Shown here in pieces: positions 31,218-41,781 of a DNA stretch of 57,313 bases. Source of the stretch: Gemmataceae bacterium (GTDB lineage: Bacteria; Planctomycetota; Planctomycetia; Gemmatales; Gemmataceae); assembly GCA_031396905.1 (NCBI GenBank), contig JANNLP010000383.1:1-57313 (forward strand). The letters are read 5' to 3'. A program made the position numbers and the translations under genes. How positions within the stretch are numbered: position 1 is the stretch's first letter; each line of letters starts with the position of its first letter. Below the pieces are notes generated by a model. It was not told where the DNA came from. It was given only the letters and a program-made list of their open reading frames with translations, and searched no databases.

Positions 31218-32927
31218 TTACACTGCATGCATAACCACGACAGTGACGTTGTCGCCGGCGCCGTAGAGGTTGGCCAGGTTGACCAGGTGGCGGGCGGCGG
31301 ATTCGGCGGAGGTGGCTCGTTCCAGGATGGCTTGGATGATCGCGGGTTTGATTTGGTTGGAAAGTCCGTCGCTGCACACGAGCACCCAGTCACCAGGCTC
31401 CAATGGCACGTCGGCGACTTGCGGTTCAATCTCATTCCAGCCGCCAATGGCTTGTTGCAGTTCGGCTCTGCGCGGATGAGTCTCGGCTTCCTCCGATGTG
31501 ATCTCGCCGGCTTCGACCAGGCGGTTCACATACGTTTGATCGCGGGTGAGTTGAGTGAGCTTGCCGCGCGACAAGCGATACGTCCGGCTATCGCCGACGT
31601 GACCAACAACGAGATGCCGGCCGTCGCTGAAGATGACTTCGGCGGTGCAACCCATGCCCCGGCGGCCGATCCCTTGCCGTGAAGCCACGTACACGCTGCG
31701 ATTAGCTTCTTTGAGCGCCTCGGTCACGCGGTTGCGATATTGCTCGCGGCAAATGGTCGGTGGGGTGACATCGCCGTGGTCCGCGACGCGGGCGAATGGC
31801 GCTTCGGATGCCAGAGTCTCGTAGAGCGATTTCACGGCCAGTGCTGCAGCCACTTCACCGGCTTCGCTGCCGCCCATGCCGTCGGCAACCAGAACGAGGG
31901 CGTAGTCTTCCAATTCGTCTTGGCGGCCGACCGACGTCTGCAATACGGCGAAGGCATCTTCGTTGCCGCTGCGGACCATGCCCGTGGTTGACCACGACGC
32001 CGTTTCGAGACGGACCCTGCCGAGTGAACGCTGGCATTGCTCCAACAATGCGATAAGTTCGCCGAACCCGGTGGGATCGGTCGCCACGCCGTCTGATGTG
32101 GGAAAGCGGCGATTCACATCGGCGACGAAAGTCTTGCTAAGCAAGCGGCCTAGGAGTGGATGGGCTGCTGGAAACCGTTCGATGTACGATTTCGGCACGC
32201 CAGGCGAATGAAAATCGAGATCTGATAGCTCGCGGCCGAGCAACAATGAGTAGATGAGGGATCCAAAACAAAACAGATCGGATCGGGCGTCAATCCAGGC
32301 ACCGGTGGTCAATTCGGGTGGCGTGCAACACGTCGGCACCAGCGGCACATCGCGGGGCAGCGGCAATGGCAATAGATTGCCGGTATCCGTGAGCACGACT
32401 TGGCCTGCGGGCGTCAGCAGAACCTGGTCGGGTCGCAACTCCTCGAGAATGGCCCCGGCCGCGTGCAGTACTTGCAATAAATCAGCAAGTTGAATGAGCC
32501 AACCGAACTTCTCGGCAGTCGGCCAGTCGGCATCGTCCCAGGCATCCCAGAGATTCACGCCCTTTGGCAATTCCAAGGCTAAGTAGGCATAGTCGCCATC
32601 CTGAAATCGACCGAGTACTCGCGGTAATCCCATGTGCTTGCATTTGGAGCGCAGCCGTTCTTCCCAGGCGAGGCTGGGCCAAATGGATCCGTCGCCGGGC
32701 AACGGCGGGTCGCCACCCACCGGCTGCTTTTCGCGGATCAACTGCACATAGGGGGCGAACTTGGTCGAACGGTCCTTCGCCAGGTAACGCGCCAATCCGC
32801 AACGATTCGACACGAGTCGATCGAGCTGATACCGCCCGGCCAACAACGGCGGCGTATCGACTGCTGGTCGGGGGAAATCAAGGGTGAGGACGGCGGACAT
32901 TGGCCTTTCCTGTGCGTGAAGGGTCAC
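31218..32927 (-). CDS. Fusion of a degenerate protein-kinase-like domain and a PP2C-family Ser/Thr phosphatase
   Basis: The C-terminal PP2C motifs are intact: LVADGMGGSEAGEVAA, HVGDSRTY, VCSDGLSN, DNVTVVVM. The N-terminal kinase fold has PPE and DLFCFGSLIY motifs, but its catalytic loop reads ILEELRPDQVLL instead of HRDLKPxN and it has DTG instead of DFG. Confidence 0.85.
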   Translation of the reverse strand: MTLHAQERPMSAVLTLDFPRPAVDTPPLLAGRYQLDRLVSNRCGLARYLAKDRSTKFAPYVQLIREKQPVGGDPPLPGDGSIWPSLAWEERLRSKCKHMGLPRVLGRFQDGDYAYLALELPKGVNLWDAWDDADWPTAEKFGWLIQLADLLQVLHAAGAILEELRPDQVLLTPAGQVVLTDTGNLLPLPLPRDVPLVPTCCTPPELTTGAWIDARSDLFCFGSLIYSLLLGRELSDLDFHSPGVPKSYIERFPAAHPLLGRLLSKTFVADVNRRFPTSDGVATDPTGFGELIALLEQCQRSLGRVRLETASWSTTGMVRSGNEDAFAVLQTSVGRQDELEDYALVLVADGMGGSEAGEVAAALAVKSLYETLASEAPFARVADHGDVTPPTICREQYRNRVTEALKEANRSVYVASRQGIGRRGMGCTAEVIFSDGRHLVVGHVGDSRTYRLSRGKLTQLTRDQTYVNRLVEAGEITSEEAETHPRRAELQQAIGGWNEIEPQVADVPLEPGDWVLVCSDGLSNQIKPAIIQAILERATSAESAARHLVNLANLYGAGDNVTVVVMHAV

Positions 32928-33547
32928 ACAACTACGCGCAACTGAATCGTGCCGACCTGAACAATGTCGTTAATGCTGAGCGACCGGCGATCGCCTGGAG
33001 CAAGGCGGATGCGATTCACGAAGGTGCCGTTCAATGAGTTCAAGTCTTCGATTTCCAGCGATCCATCAACGAAGTGAAGCACGGCATGTTTGCGACTCGT
33101 CCAAATGCGTTCAGCAGGTTCCTGGTCTTCCAAGTCAATGGCGATGGGATGATCATCGCGGCGGCCGATGAAGTTCGGCCCGTCGCTGATCGTGTATTCG
33201 GCATTGAGTTTTCTGCCACGAACAACACGCAAACGTGGGCGGACGCCCGGCTGGACCAAGTCTTCGGCCGTGTCGCCATCCGTACTGTCGCACGCGCCGG
33301 CGATCAGGCGCGATTCCGCCAATGCCACGGCCAACGAAGGTCGATTGGCGATGTTTGCAATCGGTGTGTTGAGAATTTCGGCATCAGCTGCTACGTCGTT
33401 GGGTGCGCGGCGGTCGGTCACCACGCGCATTTCCATCGTACCGGCGGCGCGTGTCATCATGCGGATCGGCACCGTGATCGGCAGGTCGTCGTCGGTGGCC
33501 GGCGGCTCCGTCGCGTTGATTAATGAAGGGAATTGTTGAGTGTTCAT
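32924..33547 (-). CDS. FHA-domain protein
   Basis: It contains FIGRRDDHPIAIDL...TSRKHAVLHFVDGSLEIEDLNSLNGTFVN. It has an ATGA overlap with the downstream phosphatase gene. Confidence 0.88.
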   Translation of the reverse strand: MNTQQFPSLINATEPPATDDDLPITVPIRMMTRAAGTMEMRVVTDRRAPNDVAADAEILNTPIANIANRPSLAVALAESRLIAGACDSTDGDTAEDLVQPGVRPRLRVVRGRKLNAEYTISDGPNFIGRRDDHPIAIDLEDQEPAERIWTSRKHAVLHFVDGSLEIEDLNSLNGTFVNRIRLAPGDRRSLSINDIVQVGTIQLRVVV

Positions 33548-33674
33548 TACCGCATCACATTTTGGGGGTAACCCTCACAACGACACAGGCGCGCCGCCGC
33601 CGGGGTCCAAATGCTGTCCCAAGTCTAGGTCAAGGTGCGACCGGATGCAAAAGGAACCGGAACAGTGCGAAAAA

Positions 33675-35858
33675 CTACTTGATAAACAGCATTTCCCGAT
33701 ACGTGGGTAACGGCCACAAATCGTCGGCAATCACGTTTTCCAGCCGGTCGCTCAGGACGCGGACGGCATTCATCGCCGGCACGACCTTATCGCGTGAGTG
33801 CTTGGCATGGTCCAAAAGCTCGCCGCTCGCCTGATGCGCCAGCGCATGTTCCAGGTCGGCAGTGGCGCGCTGAAATTCGTTCATCATGATCGTCAACGAC
33901 TTCAACATCTCTTGTTGCGGCGTGTTATCGACACCGGCGGCACGGGTGGCGGTGACAGCGCTGGCGACTTCCAATTGGTATCGCAGGGCGGCCGGCAGGA
34001 TCATCGTCTTGGCCATCATCGCGGTCAGGCGAGCCTCGACCGTGATGGTCTTGATGTAGTTTTCGCACAGAATGGTGTACCGGCTCTGCAATTCGCGTTC
34101 GCTGAAGACGCTGTACTTGCGAAACAGCGCGGTCGTCTCGGAGCGCAGAAGCACGGGCAGGGCATCGACGGTGTTTTTACAATTGGGCAGACCGCGACGC
34201 TCGGCCTCCGCGTGCCACTCGGCCGAGTAGCCGTCGCCGTGGAAGATTACCTTCTTCGATTCGCGGATAATGCCCGGTAGCAGATCTTGAATTGCTCGAT
34301 GGAGATCTTTGCCCTGGCTGATGGCACCGTCCAATGCAGTTGCCATGAAGTCCAACGACTCGGCAACGATGGTGTTGAGAATCGTGTTTGGCCCCGCAAT
34401 GGATTGGGAGCCGCCGACGGCGCGGAACTCGAACTTATTGCCGGTGAAGGCGAACGGGCTGGTGCGGTTGCGGTCGCCGGCGTCCTTGGGTAACTTGGGC
34501 AGCACGCCAACACCAATCTCCATCAGGCCGCCGGCCTTGGTCGACTTGGCGGTGCCGGCTTCGATCTGATTAATGATGTCTTCGAGTTGCTCACCGAGGA
34601 AGATCGACACAATGGCCGGTGGTGCTTCGTTGGCACCGAGCCGGTGATCATTTCCCGCGTGAGCGACGGAGACGCGCAACAACTCCGAATACTTGGCGAC
34701 CGCGCGAATGACGGCGACGCAGAAGACGAGGAATTGAGCATTGTCGTGCGGCGTTTCGCCAGGGTTGAGCAAGTTTTCGCCCGCATCGGTGGCCATCGAC
34801 CAGTTGTTATGCTTGCCCGTGCCATTGATGCCGGCAAAGGGCTTCTCATGGAATAGGCACGCCAGGCTGTATTTGGGCGCGGTGCGGCGCAGCACTTCCA
34901 TCGTGAGCATCTGATGATCGGTGACGAGGTTGGCATCCTCGAACGTCGGTGCGACTTCGTATTGGCTCGGAGCAACCTCGTTGTGCCGTGTCTTGATGGG
35001 CACACCGAGTTTGAATAACTGGGCCTCGCAATCCGCCATGTAGGCCAACACCCGTTCCGGGATGGAGCCAAAATACTGGTCTTCCATCTCCTGCCCTTTG
35101 GGCGGGGAGGTGCCGAATAGCGTCCGCCCGGCGGCGATGAGGTCGGGCCGGGCGTAATAGAAATTCTTGTCGATCAGGAAATACTCTTGCTCCGGACCGA
35201 CCGTGGCGAAGACTTTCTTGACTTCTGTTTTGCCGAACAGGTGGAGGATGCGCATCGCTTGCTTGGACAATGCCTCCATGGAACGCAGTAACGGCGTCTT
35301 GGTGTCGAGCGCTTCACCGGTCCAACTGACGAAGGCCGTGGGAATGACGAGCGTCGATCCGTTTGGACTTTCGAAGATGAAAGCGGGGCTGGTCGGATCC
35401 CACGCGGTGTAACCGCGCGCTTCAAACGTCGCGCGGATGCCGCCGGAGGGAAATGAACTAGCGTCCGGCTCACCACGGACCAACTCTTTGCCGGAGAACT
35501 CGGCGATAGCTCGGCCATCACCGGTTGGAGTGACGAAGCTATCATGTTTCTCGGCGGTCAACCCCGTCATCGGTTGAAACAAATGCGTAAAGTGAGTTGC
35601 ACCTTTGGACAACGCCCAATCCTTCATCGCGTTGGCGACAGCGTCGGCAATGTGCGGATCGAGCGGATCGCCGAGGCGGATCGTTTTCTGAAGTGCGCGG
35701 GCGATGGGTTTGGGTAACATCTCGCGCTGAACAGATTCGCTGAAGACATTTTCGCCAAACGTGTCGATGATCCGTTGTTCTTTGAACGATACGTTCTGCA
35801 GATGGTACTGCGCGGTGGCAATTGCCTGCATGGCGGCCTGCCTGGCGGTCGTCGTCAT
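33675..35858 (-). CDS. glnN: Glutamine synthetase type III
   Basis: It is about 727 aa with a GSIII-type N-terminus ([17 protein letters not shown]) and catalytic core ([22 protein letters not shown]). AAGGAG lies upstream of ATG 35858. Confidence 0.92.
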   Translation of the reverse strand: MTTTARQAAMQAIATAQYHLQNVSFKEQRIIDTFGENVFSESVQREMLPKPIARALQKTIRLGDPLDPHIADAVANAMKDWALSKGATHFTHLFQPMTGLTAEKHDSFVTPTGDGRAIAEFSGKELVRGEPDASSFPSGGIRATFEARGYTAWDPTSPAFIFESPNGSTLVIPTAFVSWTGEALDTKTPLLRSMEALSKQAMRILHLFGKTEVKKVFATVGPEQEYFLIDKNFYYARPDLIAAGRTLFGTSPPKGQEMEDQYFGSIPERVLAYMADCEAQLFKLGVPIKTRHNEVAPSQYEVAPTFEDANLVTDHQMLTMEVLRRTAPKYSLACLFHEKPFAGINGTGKHNNWSMATDAGENLLNPGETPHDNAQFLVFCVAVIRAVAKYSELLRVSVAHAGNDHRLGANEAPPAIVSIFLGEQLEDIINQIEAGTAKSTKAGGLMEIGVGVLPKLPKDAGDRNRTSPFAFTGNKFEFRAVGGSQSIAGPNTILNTIVAESLDFMATALDGAISQGKDLHRAIQDLLPGIIRESKKVIFHGDGYSAEWHAEAERRGLPNCKNTVDALPVLLRSETTALFRKYSVFSERELQSRYTILCENYIKTITVEARLTAMMAKTMILPAALRYQLEVASAVTATRAAGVDNTPQQEMLKSLTIMMNEFQRATADLEHALAHQASGELLDHAKHSRDKVVPAMNAVRVLSDRLENVIADDLWPLPTYREMLFIK

Positions 35859-35886
35859 GTCGCCGTCTCCTTCGCGAATTGCGATA

Positions 35887-37692
35887 TTACTTGCGGTCTT
35901 GGATCCCGAGAGCGGACCCGGCGGCACCAGCTATCTTGGCGTGGTCACTTGGCCACGCGCTCAACATATGGCCCGGATCACCCCGAGTCACCTTAGCATT
36001 GTGCCGCGCCAGCGCGATCCAGGCCCACGCTTGGGCGGCTGATTTGTCGCCGGTTTTCACTTGCCCAGCATCAAGACTGTTGGTGGCGGAGCGAAGTTCG
36101 GCTTGCAGTGCGGCAAGGTGCAGCCACGGCGTGACGGTCGGCAACTTCACATTCTCGGCCAGTTGACGGGCGAGGTCTGCCTTGCCCGCACGGCCGCACG
36201 CCCGGCCCAGTCTCATCACGGCCCATGCTGGCAATGTGAATGTCTTTCCTTGCTCAGCGACGAAGGCAACGGCCGCTTGTAACTCACCAGGATCACCCAT
36301 TTCCAATGCGGCGTCAGCGAGCATAGCCAACGCCGCCGACTTGTGTTCCACCGAGCCATTTAACATGGCAACTTTACGAGCCTTTTCCACATCGCCGGCG
36401 CGGGCGTAGCCTTCCGCATAGGCCAATCGAGCCAACAGCGTTGGATCATCGCCAACTGGTTCGGGGATGATTTGCCTTGCCTTGGCCACTTGGTTGCGAG
36501 CGACCAAGAGTGCGACAAAGCGAGGCGACGCTCCGCCTTCGCCCGATACCGATTGGATGAGATCATCGGCCACTTTGTCCGCCGCGGGATCCTTGATGGC
36601 ATGCAACATCAGCGCGACACATGCCAGCGCGTCGGCCCGGTCCGCTTCCGTCGGCAGCGCATCGGGAGCCAATCCGACAATTAATGGCTGCTTCTGACCC
36701 GCCGAACGCAATTTGCGCGTCAGTTCTTCCAGCACCAGCCAACCATCCTCGCGTGGCAGTTCCTTGCAGATTTGCAAGGTCTGCCTCAGTTCGCGCTTCA
36801 CTGTATCCCATTCAAGAGCCTGCTTGGCGTCGATCTTTGCGTCGTCGCCGACCAAGTCCGCCTGAACTTGAACTAACGCCGCCAGCAAGCCGACTTTGTC
36901 CGTTGGCGTATCGGCCTGGCGAATGGCCGACCGCGCTTCCTGAAGCTGTTTGACACCGGCTTTCAAGTCGGGAGCAGGTTCATGCAGATAGAACTCGCCG
37001 GCTGCGGTCGAGACAGCGGCCGGCCAACCCGGCGGCAGCGTCTTAATGCCTTTCAGCGCATCGGCGACAAAGCCCATGCGCCGGTCATCCGCGGCCTTGC
37101 CGCGATAGAAGTAAAAGCCGCCGGCGGTGAGGACCAGCGAGGCAATCGCCAAGCCGATGTAGAGGTTACTTCGATCCGGTGCCATCCGCGTCTTACGGTC
37201 GACGATGACCTTGGCTTCCAACAATGCATCGCGGCTAACGATCTGCTGCTGTAACTGAGTGTTGCCCCACGCGCCTTCCGGAGCGGCCTCATCATCCTTC
37301 CGGGCCATCGTGATGGAGCCTTTGACCTCACGCCAGTCTTTTTGCGGTGCACCCGATGCCGGCACGGGAACCGTGACGATGCGCCGACACGACGGGCAAG
37401 GAGCCTTTTTGCCGGCTTTCTCCAGCGGATATTCAACCATCTCGAAGCAGTATTCGCATTCCACCTTGATGGCGGTATCGACGGTGGCTGCCAGGGCCTC
37501 GTGTTGCTTTGAGCCTTCAACAAGGGCCGCCGTCGCCATGGCTTCCACGGCGTGCGATTCTTCGACGGACACCGTCGGCCGGGGCACGGTCATCACGACC
37601 TTACATTGCGTACATGGCGCTCTTTTGCCGGCGAGCTCGTCTTTGACCTTGTAGGACTTCTGGCAACTGGGGCATTGAAATGAAATAGCCAT
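35887..37692 (-). CDS. Membrane protein with two N-terminal zinc-ribbon modules and a C-terminal helical-repeat (TPR-like) domain
   Basis: The zinc ribbons are [10 protein letters not shown]...[11 protein letters not shown] and [10 protein letters not shown]...[11 protein letters not shown]. The TM helix is [20 protein letters not shown]. Confidence 0.75.
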   Translation of the reverse strand: MAISFQCPSCQKSYKVKDELAGKRAPCTQCKVVMTVPRPTVSVEESHAVEAMATAALVEGSKQHEALAATVDTAIKVECEYCFEMVEYPLEKAGKKAPCPSCRRIVTVPVPASGAPQKDWREVKGSITMARKDDEAAPEGAWGNTQLQQQIVSRDALLEAKVIVDRKTRMAPDRSNLYIGLAIASLVLTAGGFYFYRGKAADDRRMGFVADALKGIKTLPPGWPAAVSTAAGEFYLHEPAPDLKAGVKQLQEARSAIRQADTPTDKVGLLAALVQVQADLVGDDAKIDAKQALEWDTVKRELRQTLQICKELPREDGWLVLEELTRKLRSAGQKQPLIVGLAPDALPTEADRADALACVALMLHAIKDPAADKVADDLIQSVSGEGGASPRFVALLVARNQVAKARQIIPEPVGDDPTLLARLAYAEGYARAGDVEKARKVAMLNGSVEHKSAALAMLADAALEMGDPGELQAAVAFVAEQGKTFTLPAWAVMRLGRACGRAGKADLARQLAENVKLPTVTPWLHLAALQAELRSATNSLDAGQVKTGDKSAAQAWAWIALARHNAKVTRGDPGHMLSAWPSDHAKIAGAAGSALGIQDRK

Positions 37693-37817
37693 GCTATTGC
37701 ACGCACTCCGGGGCCGATAACAGCATTATCGGGCCGGAGTAGCGCATGGACAACAACCTGCGCACAATGTGGCAATGTCGGGTTGGTTAAACGAATCGAA
37801 TCAAACGACAGTCTGCG

Positions 37818-39251
37818 TCAAAAGCCCCAGTTCAACTGTACGGTGGCTTCGAATTGATCCGGCCGCGGGCCGGTGATCGGTGTCCCGCCCGCAAAGGTGA
37901 GCGTCGTGCGGCGGCCGATGCCGAAGTGCAACCCGCCTGTCAACACCACCACGTCCGACGCACTGATGCCGGAGTCGCGGGAATTTTCGAAAGGGATGTT
38001 GACGTGACACTCAATGGTCGGCGTAATGGAACTCAACCATGCGTCCGGATTCTGGTACGCGAAATAGCCGACGCCGATATCGCTGAACGAAATCGTCAGG
38101 TCGCGGTCGTCGGTCGGGAACGCGATTGACGTGAAGCCGTGAACAAACAGGCGATCCCAGGCCTGATACACGCCAACCCAGGGCTGTAACAACGTGGAAT
38201 AGAGCTTCGAACCATCGGCGAGCGGGATGCCGCCGCCCGTCGGTGCGGTCACGACAAGACCGCCGGACGCCACGCGTTCGGCCTCGGGATCGTTGATGAA
38301 GGCGTACTTCAGGATCATAGTCAGGTCACCGACGCGGGACGAGTTAAAAGTGCTGCCGCCCCCCAAGGTATTGCCGGTCGTTGGAAATGGCGCAAAGGCT
38401 TGCAGCCGACCGGCGTCGAACGGCGTGGAAGCCGACTGGTCCGATTGCAGGAACGGCAGCCGCATGCCGAACGAAGCACTGCCGTCCAGGAATGTCTTCT
38501 CGAAGCCAAGAGTCTCGCGGTGAATGTTGGTCGCGGATAACATCGGAGTGGTGAGCGTACTGGGCTGGCCCGCCACGGTTCCGGAGTTCAGCGTGGAATT
38601 CAAAGTATCACGAAGCACATACGGACCCGGCGCGCCGGTCACCAATGGGTTGGGCAACAGCGTCAAGAATCCGCCGGAAGCCAGTAGTCGGTTCGGCACC
38701 TGGTGAAAGTAGTTGTACGTCACATAAACGCGGTCCTGCGGTTGCACCGCCTCGTTCTCGGCAATCTTGAATGCACCGCGCCCCAGCGACAACGCGGCGA
38801 AACGATAGGTCTCGTCGATCTGGGCAAAATTTGGAACGCTGCCACCGCGCGGGATCACGACGACCGCACCGGTGGGTGTCGTGTTGGGATTGCCGATGAC
38901 TAGGCCATTTGGAAACGGCCCGGCTGAAAGAAACGACTGAACTGTGACGAAGCTGGTACCAAAGTAACCCGGGAAGTCGCCGATCATGCGCGGAGCGGCT
39001 CGTGTCAGCGGTGCCGGCTGATTCGACATGTCGAACGGCTGCGACGGTGCCGCTTGCATGCGCGGGTCGGTAGCCGGCGGCGGTGTTGGCCGGACGGGCG
39101 GCGCTGTCGCTGGCGGCCGAACCGTTGTGGGCGGTTGCGGCGACGGTTGCACCGGCGGTGGTGTTTGCTCGGCGACGATTGGCGATTGACCGCTAGCGCT
39201 TGTGGCAACGAGGCAAATCGCGGACATTCCAGCAAGCAGTTGTCGGCGCAT
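37818..39251 (-). CDS. Putative outer-membrane beta-barrel protein with a Pro/Thr-rich N-terminal linker
   Basis: It has a signal peptide (MRRQLLAGMSAICLVATSASGQ), a PPxP-rich region, alternating strands and the C-terminal ...VQLNWGF. Confidence 0.7.
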   Translation of the reverse strand: MRRQLLAGMSAICLVATSASGQSPIVAEQTPPPVQPSPQPPTTVRPPATAPPVRPTPPPATDPRMQAAPSQPFDMSNQPAPLTRAAPRMIGDFPGYFGTSFVTVQSFLSAGPFPNGLVIGNPNTTPTGAVVVIPRGGSVPNFAQIDETYRFAALSLGRGAFKIAENEAVQPQDRVYVTYNYFHQVPNRLLASGGFLTLLPNPLVTGAPGPYVLRDTLNSTLNSGTVAGQPSTLTTPMLSATNIHRETLGFEKTFLDGSASFGMRLPFLQSDQSASTPFDAGRLQAFAPFPTTGNTLGGGSTFNSSRVGDLTMILKYAFINDPEAERVASGGLVVTAPTGGGIPLADGSKLYSTLLQPWVGVYQAWDRLFVHGFTSIAFPTDDRDLTISFSDIGVGYFAYQNPDAWLSSITPTIECHVNIPFENSRDSGISASDVVVLTGGLHFGIGRRTTLTFAGGTPITGPRPDQFEATVQLNWGF

Positions 39252-39362
39252 CCGTTCCCACCTCCGTGTCGGACTGGCGCAGTCCGGGCGTATCGGAACT
39301 ATCGGGTGTGATTGTGGCGCGACTTGAACCGGTTACGATTGGGGCGTGCCACGAGGTAGTTT

Positions 39363-41753
39363 CTACGCATCGTTGTTGGGTAGAGCTGCCCGCTCTTTCC
39401 GCGCCGTGTTGAGGTGATCACGATAGTTGACGTTGGCGGGGTTGTGCTTGGCCAACTCGGCATAGCGGGCCACCGCCTGATCGAATGCGACACGGGCCGT
39501 GTCTGTCGAACCAATCAACTGACAAGCTCGGGCCAGCGCCAAATAAGCATCGGCCGTGTGGGGTCGATACTCGGGAAGGTTCTGCACGGCCGCCAATGCC
39601 TGCACCGCTTCTTCGAGCAGACCAATGCGCTGCTCGATGGTGTGATTCTCGGCATTCACCTGGCCGAGCCTCATGCAGGCGATGCCGAACATGCCCTGAA
39701 ATGTCGTCACTTTCGGATGCCGCTTCACCACCTCGCGCCAACTGGCGACCGCCGCCGTCGAATGATCGTACGCAGCCGCCGGGTCATTGCGCAGTTGATA
39801 CATACGGGCCAGCTCGGCATTGCACGAAGCGAGTTTCGTCTGATACAGCGTGTTCAATGGATTCTGATCAGTCAACGCCTGCCATAGTCGTCTCGCTTTG
39901 TCTGTGGCATCAATTGCACCATCGGCTCGGCTATCCTGAAGGCTCAACAAACGTCCGAAGTTAAAGCGGTTCTGGGCCAGTGAATTCTTGTACTTCGCGT
40001 TATCCGGCAATCGAGTCAGGAGATCGGCAAGCAGCTGGCGTGAGTCTTCGAAAAGGGCTTCCGCGGCCGTGGTATTCTTGTTGTGTTCCGCGTCCAAACC
40101 GGCGCGGTTGTACATCGTCACGGCAACGTCATGTTCGTCGTCGGGCTGGTTGGCCTCTTGCACCAGCTTCCGGCGAATGTCTTCCGCGGCCAGGAATGAC
40201 GCCGTGGCTTCCGCGACCTTGCCCGCGCGATCGTGGACGCCGCCGAGTCGGTTGAATGCCGTGCCGAGTTCGCGGCGCCAGGCAATGTCATTGTCATGTT
40301 GCTTCAGTTGCTCATGACAGAGCGCGATCGCTTTACCGTATTCGGCTGCCGCCTCATCGAGCTTTCCGACGTCCACCAAGAGCCGGCCACGGCGCAGATA
40401 TGCCTTCGCTCCCCGCGCGATGAGTTCCGGGCTATCACCGGAATACTGGCCCAATTTGTCCAACGATCGACTGACACTATCGAGCATAGCCTGCCGCTGC
40501 ACTTCCGGGTCGCCGGCACCCGGCAGGTCTTCTTGCTCCAGAAGATCGTCCACCGCGCCGAGCGCAATTCCCAATGTGCCGACAGCGCGGAGCCGTGCCG
40601 ACTCCGCCTTACGTTCGGCACGCCACAATCCCACACTCAGGCCGGACAACGCGAACAAACTCCAGATGCCCATTCCGATCAATGAGGCCACCGCCGGCCG
40701 ACGTTTGGCCCACTTGATGGTCCGCTCCCACGCCGTGAGCGGCTTAGCCAGCGTGGGTTCGCCATCAAGGAAGCGCTGTAAATCGGTCGCCAATTCGGTT
40801 GCCGACTCGTAACGCCTGAGCGGTATCTTTTCGAGGCATTTGAGGCAGATCGCTTCCAGCTCGCGCGGCAACTTCACCAGCTTCGACGGCGGCAATGGCT
40901 CTTCACTGGCGACGGCGAGCATCGTGTCGATCGTGGAGGCACCGCGAAACGGCGGTCGACCCGTCAAACACTCGTAGAGAATTGCGCCAAGTGAATAGAC
41001 ATCCGAGAGCCGGTCCGCATGTCCTTCGGTCTGTTCCGGCGCCATGTAGCTGGGCGTACCGAGAATGGTGCCTGCATGAGTAATCCCGGGTGTCGCTTGA
41101 CCGGAACCGGGGTCGAAGCGTTTGGCCAGGCCAAAGTCAGTGATCTTTAGCGTACCATCGCTGGCAAGCAACACGTTATCGGGCTTGAGGTCACGATGAA
41201 GAATGCCGTGATCGTGCGCGGCCTGGATCGCGCCGGCCAATGTGGCTACGGCCTTGGCCGCATCATTGGGCGTCATCAAATCGCGTTGCAAGCGCCCGGT
41301 GAGGCTGCCGCCACTGCAATACTCCAACGATAGGAACGGTCGACCATCGCAGTTGCCGATCTCGTGAATCTGCGCGACGTTCGGGTGTTGCAGCGCCGCG
41401 GCCGCCTCGGCTTCGGCCTGAAAGCGCACTTGATCTTTGGCCCGAATCTCGCTTCCGCGAACGAACTTCAGCGCCACGATTCGATTCAGCGCGACTTGCC
41501 GGGCTTTGTAAACAACGCCAATGCCGCCGCGACCAAGCTCGCCAAGGATTTGGTACCCCGGCACGACGGGCGCGGCTCCGATAGTTGGTGCATCGTTGCC
41601 GGTTGTCTGCGCCTGTTTGGTGGGAGCATCGTGGAGAGGTGTCAACGGTTCCGGAACAGGCGCATCACCCAGCGTCTGGGTTGCTCCCGACATATCCGCC
41701 GAAGACACGGATCGTCGAGTTGGCGAGGAGCCAGTATGCTCAGGTTCAGCCAT
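39363..41753 (-). CDS. Ser/Thr protein kinase with TM segment and C-terminal TPR repeats
   Basis: It has GRGGIGVVYKA, HRDLKPDNVLL, DFGLAK and GTPSYMAPE, a TM helix after the kinase domain and multiple TPR-like repeats. Confidence 0.93.
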   Translation of the reverse strand: MAEPEHTGSSPTRRSVSSADMSGATQTLGDAPVPEPLTPLHDAPTKQAQTTGNDAPTIGAAPVVPGYQILGELGRGGIGVVYKARQVALNRIVALKFVRGSEIRAKDQVRFQAEAEAAAALQHPNVAQIHEIGNCDGRPFLSLEYCSGGSLTGRLQRDLMTPNDAAKAVATLAGAIQAAHDHGILHRDLKPDNVLLASDGTLKITDFGLAKRFDPGSGQATPGITHAGTILGTPSYMAPEQTEGHADRLSDVYSLGAILYECLTGRPPFRGASTIDTMLAVASEEPLPPSKLVKLPRELEAICLKCLEKIPLRRYESATELATDLQRFLDGEPTLAKPLTAWERTIKWAKRRPAVASLIGMGIWSLFALSGLSVGLWRAERKAESARLRAVGTLGIALGAVDDLLEQEDLPGAGDPEVQRQAMLDSVSRSLDKLGQYSGDSPELIARGAKAYLRRGRLLVDVGKLDEAAAEYGKAIALCHEQLKQHDNDIAWRRELGTAFNRLGGVHDRAGKVAEATASFLAAEDIRRKLVQEANQPDDEHDVAVTMYNRAGLDAEHNKNTTAAEALFEDSRQLLADLLTRLPDNAKYKNSLAQNRFNFGRLLSLQDSRADGAIDATDKARRLWQALTDQNPLNTLYQTKLASCNAELARMYQLRNDPAAAYDHSTAAVASWREVVKRHPKVTTFQGMFGIACMRLGQVNAENHTIEQRIGLLEEAVQALAAVQNLPEYRPHTADAYLALARACQLIGSTDTARVAFDQAVARYAELAKHNPANVNYRDHLNTARKERAALPNNDA

Positions 41754-41781
41754 GCAGCACGTTATCCTGCGGCCAAACCGC

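Noticed and set aside
33798-35412. Antisense and alternative-frame ORFs within the glutamine synthetase III gene.
   Set aside because: The GSIII frame is continuous, full-length and motif-bearing. The others are GC-rich shadow frames.
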